From Botryllus schlosseri (Eukaryota): a stretch of 64,000 nt of DNA. Positions 39,268-51,800 of the stretch are shown one piece after another. Position numbers and translations under genes: made by a program. The stretch lies in NCBI GenBank assembly GCA_051294905.1, contig CM119384.1, positions 3,038,001 through 3,102,000 of the forward strand, read 5' to 3'. Below the pieces are notes generated by a model. That model made no database searches, was not told where the DNA came from, and saw only the letters and a list, made by a program, of their open reading frames with translations. Within the stretch, counting starts at the first letter, position 1. Every line of letters begins with the position of its first letter.

Positions 39268-39530
39268 ATCGAGCGAGATAGTGTAATGTTGATGCGTCCG
39301 GCTTCTCGAGCGGTAGGTCGTGGGTTCTATCCCCGGCCGGGTCATACCAAAGACTCGATAATTGGTATCCGCAGCTATCGTGCTAGGCGCTCAGCAATCA
39401 CGGATAGCATGGAGGAGAAAAACGGGGGCGCAGACTAGATGACCACATGGCCGTATCGCAACCCCGTCGTCAAATCATCTCGATGGTGTAGGGCTGTAGG
39501 CGAAAAAGAATACCATCTCTCTCTCTCTCT
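39268..39530 (+). mobile_element. tRNA-derived SINE (MetaSINE-like)
   Basis: B-box ggttctatccc followed by ggccgggtcataccaaagact..aattggtatc..gctaggcgctcagcaa; (ct)n tail. Confidence 0.7.
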
Positions 39531-40882
39531 CCGGCACGCATTTGTTCACTGGAGCACTTCCTCGAATCGTCCCAGCATAGAAAATTATGCGAAGAATACT
39601 TGATGTGTCACCCGCACAGGCTCTCAAATTGCTATTAGAACACGCGCTATATTTCCCGGGTGCCAGAAATTGGCACGGTACTTACCTGAAGAAGAGAACC
39701 GCAAACTACGCCACCCTGTACACTCAACAGTTAGTCTACACACGATATCTTGTATTATATTCAGAAAGTTACTTTTGCTGTACATTGCCAATATTGCATA
39801 TAGGCTATAATAATAAGATTCACCATTGAAGATTCGTGTCGGAAATCAGCATATTCATCTCTGGCACGCTTCTGTGTTCTGTATTCTGTCCAACTCCATT
39901 CTTAACAATCTCGAGGCTCTCGTGGAGACTCGCGGCGCCATCAATATGTATGAAATATAAATGGGTACGAATTAAATTTGCCAATCAGCTAAGAAAGCTT
40001 GACTAGAGAAATTTGGTAATGAATGATATTCTAGATGCGAGAGGATTACGATTGTGACTTTTGAGCATGTCCTGCCGATGTGAGATTTGGATGCTGAAGA
40101 AATGGCCAAATTCTAAGGCGGTGCATGGACCAATAGTTAGTTCAAAGCTGTCGCTTCAGCACTATATTTTTTACGAATAAATGGTATGAAGGAAAAGGTG
40201 ATGAGGTGATGCCTTTCAGATGGAGTACAGGCAACAGATATTAATTACTTTGTTTCCTAAAGCAGTCAATCAATATTAGTTGCTAGTGATCAGATTGCGC
40301 AGGCTGCAATTGTAGAGATGGGACTGAATTTCTTCAGTAGGAAGTTTAGTAATTGACTCTATTTTGGAGTGTCACAGAATTGGAATCGATTCGAAGACCT
40401 TCTATAGCACTAACAATAACAAATCTTGTGTAAATGATATATCCTTTGGTTCTTTTATGTAGTATGGAATCAGGGGACGTGTGAAATGGGAATGAGTCAC
40501 AGAATCCCGTCATATTTAGAAAGTATGGTGAGAACAACAGTTCACTTCGAATTTTGTATTCCGAGTTGGGGAACAGAAATATAATGATAATTCAAGTTTC
40601 CGGGATCCCCGTATAAAGTCGTATTTTTTCAATGAATTGAATGTGTCGTCGGAGGACGCCTAACTTTCCTCTTTCTTAAGAAACAGTGTTGAAATGCGAT
40701 CGAGTATGCAAGATTGCAAGGCAATCAACGATAATTTGGGAGTAGAGATGTAGTCAACACCGCTGAAATAGTGTAGAAGCGGGTAATTCGGTATTCGAAA
40801 CGAAAGATGACCTCTTGTTTAGTCAACACAGTACTATTGCTTAATTTTTTTTATTCTCCAGTTTTCTTTTATGGTACTAGAG

Positions 40883-42068
40883 CAGAGGTGGGCAAACTTT
40901 TGAGCTCGCGGGCCGCATTCAACATCTGAATCCATTCGCGGCCCGCACAATATAAAATGGAGATTATAAACCAAAACCCGATATTGGCATTTCATCATAT
41001 AGTGAGGGCACGGAGATAATATATATGCTTATTTAAAACAAACATTGCCTTGATGATATCGTACACGCGTCAGAAACAGTGGCGAGATTTCATAGGCTGG
41101 TCGACCTCAATAACCAATTTGTCAAAACTATAGAGATGAAAGTCGGTTGTCCCGATTCTTAGAGCAGGATTGTTCAGCGATCTGTTCAGATATTTACTAA
41201 TTCCACTTTCGGTTCAGTTCCAAGACACACAAAGCTGACAGAATCATAACCATGTTCGCTTCATACATGCTTCTACTATTTTTAGATAAAATATAAATAC
41301 TCGAATTCTACGCATACGGATAACGAATCTATACCTGATACACGCGCCAATCGTTTTTATAAGCACATAACTAAAAGAATTAAAACTGGGGTAAAATAAT
41401 TAAAGCTGGAGTGGCCGATCTGAAATCACACTCGTGATCCGAATTATGTCAATCTCGTTAAAGATTTCTGTGATTTTTTAGCAGTTGAAACCTTTTAAAC
41501 TGCGTGGGCCTTGAGATGGTTGCACAAGCAATTAAACTTAACTAATTCAGGAAGTATTTACCTTAGAACAGCGGTTCTCAAACTTTTTGAGACACGCCCC
41601 TGTTCTTGTGATGGTGAAGTATTTCGCCCCGCCCCTTTATCGTCATATCACAGAACGCAACCAGGATGCTAGCAAACCTAGCGGATAGTGTGATGGCACG
41701 GAAGGTTACGACTATGGATGAGATATCTTCAAATATGAAATTGAGACTAAATACAGAGCAATAATTAGGAATTGGGTGTAAATCGCGCGGTGCGCGGAAA
41801 ATATTTTCATCTGATCTCAGCTTCTCGCCAACTTTAAGATGCTTTCAGGCCCCCAAGGGGGTGGGGGGCGCCCACCTTAATTTGAGAAGCACTGCCTTCG
41901 AATTATCATGGTGAAATATACAAAGAAAAAGTTTAATGAAGTCCCTTCATTAATTCGATTTTTAGTACGCATTTTATCACTGTTTTTGTTTCTTTAGACT
42001 CTGGCGGGCCGCACAGAAAGGTGTTTCGGGCCACATGCTGGCCGCGGGCCGTAGTTTTCCCACCCCTG
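40883..42068 (-). mobile_element. Composite hAT MITE carrying an internal MITE at 41569-41894
   Basis: Perfect TSD tactagag; internal MITE TSD ccttagaa / ccttcgaa. Confidence 0.9.
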
Positions 42069-42803
42069 TACTAGAGATTTCAGAATTTTCGAAAAGTCAT
42101 ATCTTTTTTGGATATCGAAATTTTGAAACACTAGTATAAGTATTCTTGATTGTGTCGTCCGAGAAATAAGCATAAGCATAAGCAAACAAGCATAATAACT
42201 TTCCGAATAAAGATGGTGTAAGGGTCCGATCGTAAAGCACGCTCCTACTTGTTACCTAACCTAAGTTTTCCAGACCATGTTCAGCGATAACTAACCGTGT
42301 CAGGTAACAAATACACGCACGCCGAAGGTTGAAACGAGGTCAAAGGGTTCCTAGTAACAAGTCAATCTTACCGCAAGCCCAAAACGTAAGTCCCAGTCCA
42401 AGTGGTCGTGTTTGGTGTTCAGTTTCGAGTTCAAGTAATGCTCATTTCAAGTAATGTAATTTTTTGCAACGCTGTTTGGGTGATATGGAATGCCTCACAT
42501 TCATAATAATCTAATTTTCATCAGTCTTAATAATTTCTGGACCTCATTTTAATGTAAGAGTACTGATTGAAATACTAATATTGTGGAACTTTGCTATTCT
42601 TTGTAGTATCAATGAATTGCCTGTATTTGCCGTCCGAGTCTCGAGTCACATTACTTGGCCGAGTCTCGAGTCAAGACGGGAAGAGTCATTACAGCCCTGC
42701 GCCCGCCCATGGATTGATAACCATCCAACAAGGTCGTTTTTATTGTGGTTACGGGGCTCAGAACAACACCAAACATGCAACAAGCTATTCATATGATGCG
42801 AGA

Positions 42804-45800
42804 TCACTTGGACTTCCTCGACTTGGATTTGCTCCTTGGGGATTTCGCTTTCGCTGAAGCTTTGTGCTCGACTGCCGTCGACTTCCCAGCTCCCGGTGCT
42901 GCTGGTTCAACAGCCCCTGATGCTTCGCGAGGCTTGGCAGCTCCCGACATTGCTTGGGGTTTCACAGCGTCATACACAACTCGGCGCCTCACGGGGGAGG
43001 AAGCAGCGTGATACATGTCAGCTTGGAGGGTTTTCAAGTTCGCTTTCCCTTTACGTGCATATTTTATATTCGTATCGACCAGGCTCATCAGGTATTCCAT
43101 GTCACTGTCGTCGAAATAATCGGTGGCGTGCGCCATAGCCGATTTGGCCTTCTCCATGTCGACGATGCCCTCATCAACCTCGCCCTGTGTAACACGCAGG
43201 ATGCCCCGCCACATCAACAGTCTCGCGTAGATTTTATACTTTGAAGGATTGGCCCGGTTACGTTCTATATCTTTGATGGCCCATATGGCCTCATCCAACG
43301 CACGCGGGTAGTCTTCCTGCACGCAATGATTGGTGATCACACCATGATCTAAGCAAGCTTGGTCCACCGCGTCGAGTTTGTTGTATTCCACCAGTTTACT
43401 GCGCAAATCGGTGCGCACGTCAGAAAAGAATTTTTCCAGTTCAAATCGTCTATGGAAATTACGTTTGATCACGTAGTGAACGACGCCGTCCAGGCCCACC
43501 AAAAAATCCCGAAGCTCATTCACGTAATCTACGCACAGTATGCCTTCGCTTTCGTATTTTTTCATGAGACCGCAAAGTACCAGTACGCCCCCTATGGAAC
43601 GGAGAGAGTCGACGTTGTGTCCTTGTCTCGGGAAGAAACGGCCGGCCCAACGCTTTATTCGGTCGTTGGACACGTTGGATGCGACGAGTTCGACTTGGAA
43701 ATCGACCCAGTAGTCCCGCGAGTCTTCCCACAGCAATACGGTGCACTCCGCCATTAGTAGGAGGTCGTGGAGATCATAGGTAGCCATAAGTCGGGCAGCT
43801 TTTTTCAAACTCTTTCTCGCCGCCTCGTACTCACCCCCCATGTATTGGACAAGGGCCTCGCCTGGATAAAAACGGAGATCGGAGGTGAAATTATCGAATC
43901 TGGTTTTCCTCTCCTGATGAGAGTCCATTGAAAAGCTTCGAGTGGAATGAATTTGGCAATATGAGTATAATTTTTGATGACTATGGTGAACTGGCGGTAG
44001 GCATGTTTACTGTTTATTTGTACTTTCCAAGTTGTTATTAGAGTCTGTGCTTTCCAAGAGGGTATTCGCGGGTAAACGCGTTCGCCCTCTTCGTATTCTT
44101 TATTTTCTTCTCAAAGGCTTGCGTCAGGAGAGACAAGATAAGGTGCGAGGGAAACTAAGAAGCTATAAGGTCAAGAGCGCGACCAGTGGCACTAAGAAAC
44201 GACACATGCTACTATAATACAATCTAAGATCAATGGCGGGAGCCAGTAAATATCACAATAACACAAATTTTCGTTCGCTCGGAGGTTTTACGATCAATCG
44301 TGGCGACACAATTTTACTATTATTACTCGAATTGAAAAACGAGACAATTCCATATGCGGCACGGAAGGATCTAGTATACTCCCTTAACTTAACTCACTGG
44401 AGAGAAAGTGGGCAGCGCATCACATATTTCGCACGTAATTACCAGTGTTGGGATCAAGCCACTACCTTAGAGTCGTGGCACATTTGGACTCGAATCACGT
44501 CAAGTCACTCGAATTTCGTGATTGAAGTGCATATTGAGTCGCAGTATCTTTTCTGAGTCAAGTAACCAATCCCCAGAACCCCCATGAGCCAGTGGGCTTT
44601 TTGTCGCTACATATCAGCTATACCTATCTCATGTACTGTTTGGTAAGTCACCGTATTTCGCCTAAACGCGCCAAGCGCGACAAATTTATATAATTCATGT
44701 TTGAATCGGTCAATAAGGTCGATGTGGTATGTTGGAAAATGTAGGACCCCTAAATAATAATTAAACATCTTCGTGCGGAATCGTTGTTATATTGACCTCT
44801 TTACATGATGCTATTTCCTGACCTCCTATATCTGCTATGTCAGAAGATATGGAAATCGTAAAAACGTACCAAACTAAAAGACGCACATGATTTCATATTG
44901 GTATTTCTTTACTGGCAAATATTTTTTTCCTTGCGGGATGGCATTTGTCCTGTAGGGTTAAGGTCGCCAGGACAGGAACATTCGACGCCAGCCATTGAGG
45001 CGCCTATGGACAATTAAACATATATGTATGTATATATATCGAAATTTTCGGTCTTCTCGCTGCTGATCGTTCTGGCACACTTCTTGGAGTCGCATGTTAC
45101 ATGGCCTGTAACTTCATGATATGTTTTGGTGCGTCGTGGCGCAGTAATGGCCGACGCCGAAGTCTCCCATTTCCATAAATCATGCGTATTTTTGTCGGGT
45201 GACGAGGACCCCAACATCAAGATACATGAAAATAATAAATCGCACGCAGCGCGAAAATTTTTTGAAAAAGTCGCATGAATTTCTAAAAAATTACTCTATC
45301 ATTCATGTTAATCCACGAAATAATTTTGGGCTTCCTTCGATTTCGGGCCCCCCACCACCAATTGGGGGGTTTGGGTGCGGTAGTTACGGTCCCGACTCCA
45401 ATATAGCCGTTAACGCGCCATCGCCCCCTTCGTTGTATTCGCCCCCTATCGTCCCTTCGTCCGTTTTCGCCCCCCCTATCGCCCCATTCGTTATTTTCGC
45501 CCCCCCTAGACCGCCAAATCGCCCACGTTGGGAACCACTAGTCTACACTGATCAGATAAGTGACTTGACACTCAAGAATTTTGCTTCGAGTCACGGTTCA
45601 ATCCAGACTTATGAAAACCGAGTGGAGTCGAGCCATTTTTGAAAGGTGACTCCGAGTCACGTCAAATCATCTGAAAAAGTTAACTAGAGTCGTCCAAACA
45701 CTGGTAATCACTGAAGTAGGATCAGGCGGAGGTCGCAACCGGGAAAGTGACGCAAGAGTGAAGAAATGTGTATCAGAAAGTTGCAAGGGTTGAGGAGCGA

Positions 45801-48800
45801 TGACGGGTGATATCGAAGCCATAGATATACAGAGCTGTGTTTTTTTCAAAATATTTTAGCAGCTGTTCCAATACGGTGGCTTTGTGAAGAAAATAGCGGC
45901 TGCCAACAGTTTTTCCCGATTTCGTCTTTAATTTGAGACCCCATCATGTTTAGAACGCAGTGCCGCTTCACTGAATACATAGGTGCCGAATTCATCAAGT
46001 GAAACATTGATTTCCGAAACTCTTAATGCAGTGCTTTTCAACCTTGTTGAGCGCCATCCGCACTTTTTTACAAATACAATTTGATCCGACCAAACCAACC
46101 AAAAATTGTTACGCACAATGAACGAACGAGCGACGGTCATTTCTGACCATGGTTTTGTAACCATTGATGTGTTTGGCACCACACCTTCCCACCGTTATGT
46201 TGGCCAAAACTTCACGTCTTCGTGTGTCCTGACGCAGAAGGGTTTGGCCTCGAAATAAATGCGTCTACTAGGCCCATACCCGCTCGCTGCACACCCCTTG
46301 CGACTTGCAAATGTTACCGTACAATGATGAAATTTACTACCATCTTATGCCCCGTGCTAATCGAGCCGTTACGGCAAAAATATGATGACTGTTCTGAGAA
46401 AGAAAGCAAAAAATCAATTTAATGTCATTTTTATTTCGCGTTTCGCAGGCTTGCCGGGCTGATACAGTGTATGCCTGCCACTCCACGCGCTTTCGAACCA
46501 GACTTTTCATTACGGAATAATTATAGTGCGCAAATATTAATTCATTACGGCTGATGCGAGACTGCGTCTGATAACGTAACCATTTACGATTTTCATCCGC
46601 ACTCATCCACACCACGCTTGTCATAGGCACTGCAATGTTTTTCTTCCGCACAAGTGCGCATGCGCACCATTCCACTGCTCGAAAAGCACTGTATTGATGC
46701 AATATTGAGGCGTCGCTTTTATTATAGTTATCACACTGACAAATCCACCGGCTGTTCGGAACAGTTCAGCATTTTCAATAAGGTCTGAACTTCTTATGGT
46801 TTCGACAAAGCAAACGAATAAATATACTGAGAACGTTTGTTGTTGGGAATAGCTGTAGGGTGCTGAAGTCAAAGTACGGCCGATAGCCTTCAGCCCAGGG
46901 CTCATATATATCGAGACAATTACTGCGTTTCCATGCACGGCCGATGGGCTCATTTTCGAGAGACTCGGCCGACGAACGAGAGAATTTTGTTGCGCAAGTA
47001 CGCCCACGTCGGCCGACTCGTCGGTCATCGAGTGAATACTTCAGCTTGGCCGTTCGGCCATGCTAGCGCTGTGTCTTCTATTAGCAAATTGCTATTTGCT
47101 ACTTACAATACACTCTTCCTATCAAATGTTCATGGCTGCACTCCGGACGGATCTTAGACGCATTGAGAAACCAGGAATTTAATTATGATTGCAACGGAAA
47201 TTAGTAGTACCGGTACTGCTACGAATTACCCGTTGGCTACCGAAATCTTCTTCGCGATCTGCTCACATACGTTTCTGCCACAATTCGAGGGTTTGTGTTC
47301 TGGTCAGGGCATGGTATGGTATGGTATGGAATGGGAATTTTCCATACTCCATACCCGCCCAATCGTTCCATACCATACTTGACAATTTTCCATACCATAG
47401 CAACATGCTTCCATACCATATTTGATACTTTTTCCATACTTTCGTAACTTGCCCAACCTCTCAAGTGACATTCTATTTTTGATATGTGGAAATGTTGCGG
47501 CGTTTTAATTCTAATTATTTTGGATGAAATTATCCATTTAAACAGCCCTGATGCACCAATGATATCTCCAGTTTCTTTATACAATATATGTCGTCAGCAA
47601 TGTATGTTACCTAATCATCGAGGTCGGAACGTATAATATATAGGCCTACACACGGGATTATTTGTAAATCACAACAGAATCTCATGACAGCTAGCGGTAA
47701 CATCATCTACAAAATTGCATAAACCAAAGTTATTGTGAAATTAGAAGATTGCTTCCCAACCCCTTTTCCTTTATTCCCCATTTCCTGAAATCTATATTTC
47801 CACCCTTTAAAAGTGCTCCCTCCAATAAAATTTGGTAAGACTTTGTTTTGTAAAGACTTGTTATTGGTGAAAGTTAAGACACCCAGAATTGAACAGCACG
47901 CAATGAACTGAATGAGCACTGCAGTGAACTGGTAACCGTAAACGTAATGTTTCGCCTCTGTCAAATGTATGTGTAAGCCGACAGAAAAATTGGAAGAGTT
48001 TGGAATATTTCCAAACGTAGCGAGGTAGCAGCAATTTATATGTGTAAATGCCAAACAATGCTTGGGCCAGATAAACTTCCTGCTGCTAGATATAAGCCGC
48101 CATAAGCTTCACTTTCGCACCCTACGCGACTCGAAAAGAAATATGTCATTTCATCCGTAACGAGTCCAACTATGCTATCAATTAGCCAGTCGGCGATGTC
48201 CCTGAATACATATTCCCATACATATATGAACTCTTATTATAACGAATCAGGTGATTTCAATCACACCATTTCGCATGCGACTGAATAACAACGTGTTTGC
48301 GTGAGATCGCGTGCTGCTATGTCCAGTCGATTCTCGCTAATTGGAGACACTGGTAATACGAATTCCTGAATTGCAAATGAGCTAATAGGCCTAAATATTA
48401 TAGATACGATCGGCATTCCATAGAGAAGTTTAATAAACGAGGTTAATAATGTGATTTTTTACAAGTGAATCTATACCCGACCAGAACCCCTAAATTACCC
48501 ACCGGTTCGAAACACCACTACAATAATTTTGGTACAGCGGATCAAATTTCCATTGTTCTCGCGAATCTGTGGGTCACACAGCATTAGATTCTTTAACCAA
48601 GATCATGGTGTCTATTCTTTTATCAGAGATAACCCAATTTCATGAAGTTTAATGCGTGTTGGAGGCCGGCATAACGTAATGTCGCTCCAAGACAAGCGAC
48701 ATATTTTTGAATTACAATAATGGTTATGTCAAATGGATAGTGCGTGATGATCATCGTACCAAAGCGGGGAAAATTATTTCCAAGTTCAACAAATTGAATA

Positions 48801-51800
48801 AAATAGTCATGTAACTTTTACATTCTCAGAATCTAAAATTTTTAAACTCCCTTGGTAGTTTACGGAGTGGAAGTTACGATAAGCGATATGCAAGTTGTAA
48901 CGCGACAGCGGTCGAATATCATTCGTTTTTATGATATCTAGATTTGATTTGATTTGATTTGAACATTCATTATTAAAATTATTTCCCTTCATATACGTGT
49001 AGCGCTACTTTGTTGTCTTCAAATAGATGTCGACCGGGGTGGGTGAGTGATAAATCGCAATTTGAGATATGAACATAGACAGTGAGCGATTTTCTGTGGT
49101 ATGCAATCAATTTGACAAATCGAAAGTGGTAACATTGTCATGATTCTGGCAAACTGTCAAAGTATGGAAAAAGTATGGAAGTATGGAAATAACATTCCAT
49201 ACCATACTTGTGAAATTTCCATACCATACCATACTTGCACTCTTCCATATTCCATACCGAAATTTCGTTCCATACCATACCATACCATACCATACCATAC
49301 CATGCCCTGGTTCTGGTGCATGGCTACAATACAAACTACGAAATTATCAGGCCACGATATCCCATATCTATATCTCCCACATACTAGGATATGCCACCCA
49401 ATTTTCATCTTTTTTCTATTTTATTTTATCTTCTGTTAGTTTTAAGCTAGTGGTTCATCATGACCATCTTACATGTTGGACGGGTTTAGGCCTACGTGTT
49501 CAAGGTCTAAGCGGGTTGTTTGATTGAATGACCGCTACAAGTCGTGTTACTCGTGTCGACCCATTCATGCTTTTCGCAATATTGTGATCATTATGAAATT
49601 AATAATGAGTAAGCCATAAACGTCATCGCGAACGCTTCGCCCATCTAGTTCGGCCAAGTCACGGTCGGATTACGCCTGGTCTGGTCATGGAAACACGGCC
49701 GACATGTAGGCTACAACGCATGCGACATGGTTTTTCGGCCGTCCTTCGGCCGTGCATGGAAACGAAGTAAATGTCAGACTTCTAAATTTCATAGGTCTGA
49801 ACCTACTTCTGTAAATTGCGATGAGGTCTAGCTCCTTGTCAGATAAAATTCGCGTCGAAATTCGCGTCGTCTTGTTCGCTAACGATGGCGGGTCAACATG
49901 CGTTTCTGTAAAAACGTTATGGTGAATGTACGCGACTGTGTCGTAGCCATGTGTGACAGTATCACGGCGTCCGCCAGACCAGATGCTAGCCCAGCATCAT
50001 ACCTCTGAATCGCTATACTGACCTTGAGGTTCCGAAGCTGGAACCACGCTTCGTTCCGGTACTTTCGGTGCTTTCGGTACTTTCGGTGCTTTCGGTACCG
50101 GTACTTTCGGTTGACGCGTTAGAAATTTTGTCATCTCCGGGAGTATTTCAACGTCATTCCTGTAAAGTGGGATTCGCGAGTATCCGTCTGAGTGACACAA
50201 TATTTGACTCATCTCTTCAAGTAAATAACGATCATTCAGGTTTGTCGACAGTCGAATCTACAAACGCTGGTTTGATGAGCATCGGTCGCCCTATACAAAT
50301 CGAGCAAAACAGACGAGGAACCGAGTCATATTAAAACGCAAGATATCAAAACCCCTCGTTAAAATAGGTACTATACCGGTGGTTCGTAACCATTTTTAAC
50401 TCATCTCCCCCTTATCGATCTTGACATGTATTTATCGCTTCCCTTTCCACGTGTATTTTGTACGGGAGTCCGGATAATTAAGTATATCAGTACATCAACA
50501 ATTTCGCCCCCTTCGTACGTTTTCGATTCCCTGTTTCTGAACATCGTCCACTATGAGGAAAGGTATCGTCCACTAGTAACGGAAACTTATGAAAATCTGA
50601 ACTATATTGTTACTAATAGATTTCTTCACCAATATGTTTATTAAGGTGTGTAAATAACATGTGTTAAAATGTTGAAGTTCAACTCTTGTGAGAAACCCCA
50701 AAAAAGTTGTTAAATTTGACGAATTGAAAAATAAAATATAAAAAAATCTTTATAGCCTGTAGGTAACTTAGGACGGATTTGATAATGGTTTTACATGATT
50801 CTCAATTGATTGTTAACACTTAAATTTCACTACAAGCTCTGCTTAGTGAAGAAAGCCACACCCACTTTTATGTTCATGCGCAAAATAGCCTTTATTTCGC
50901 ATAGATATGTTCACCGAAGAGGTAGCCTATTTCTCATGCACAATATCAGACATTTCAACAGGCATTGGCTATGCCTTCTTCGGACTCAACATCACCGTGA
51001 CTGCAATTTTTGCGTTATAAGGCCTTTACATAGTCCACAGGCCGAAATGCATGTCTCCTCATTCTTCTTGCTGCTGTATATTCGGCCGTTGCAATCTTTA
51101 TGACAACCACATCTTGTAAACTACAATAGCTCATCAGGAGCCAACGCCTCCAGTATTGGAACTTGCTCATATCCCTGCACGTTTATTTTCCATCCATAAT
51201 CGCTAGGTTTCGGAGACACGTTCTGTATAAGAATCCAATCCCGGGTCTGCACGTACTCGCGGAGTGAACGTTGCGCACTGTGCAGCTGCACCCTCTGTCA
51301 GAGATAGTGTCTCTGGTTTGATCACTCCTGCAGCAGTCTTCCTTGAGAACATCTTGTATCTTGTAACCATCAAAGACCACATTGACATTCTGAAAGCAAC
51401 TGCCTAGATACTGCAGGTAGCTTGGGTAATTGTAGACGTTGTTCCACCTCACCATGTACAGAAGCCATCCATCATCAATTATGAGGGTACAGATTGGTTG
51501 GCTAGTCAAGTCCAGTGGATCAGTTCAAGTCAAGTGGATCAGTTAAGGCCTACATGGTTGTATTGAAAATTCTGCCTTGGTAGCCTTGTTCATCTTCTGA
51601 TCTTTGTTGCTGAACAGGGACATCGGGAAAGGAGTGAACTCGTACTGTAAGATTGTCGCAACATCCATATCCCGTTGGGTGAAAATGATCAGTCGGTTGA
51701 ACAACTTCAATGAGTTAATGTGAATGTTCTACCAGTAAACCTTAGGACATTTTCTTTGCGATGACAGGACATTCACCTTTGACATGACAACCACGGTCAA

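Noticed and set aside
43862-43928. MDSHQERK start of ORF 42804..43928
   Set aside because: Same reason: it lies upstream of the conserved acceptor ttttatccag.
45900-46720. Coding-like minus-strand stretch with faint resemblance to 59480-59790
   Set aside because: Multiple stops, no recognisable motif, and the similarity is too short to distinguish from chance. A TBLASTX search would be needed.
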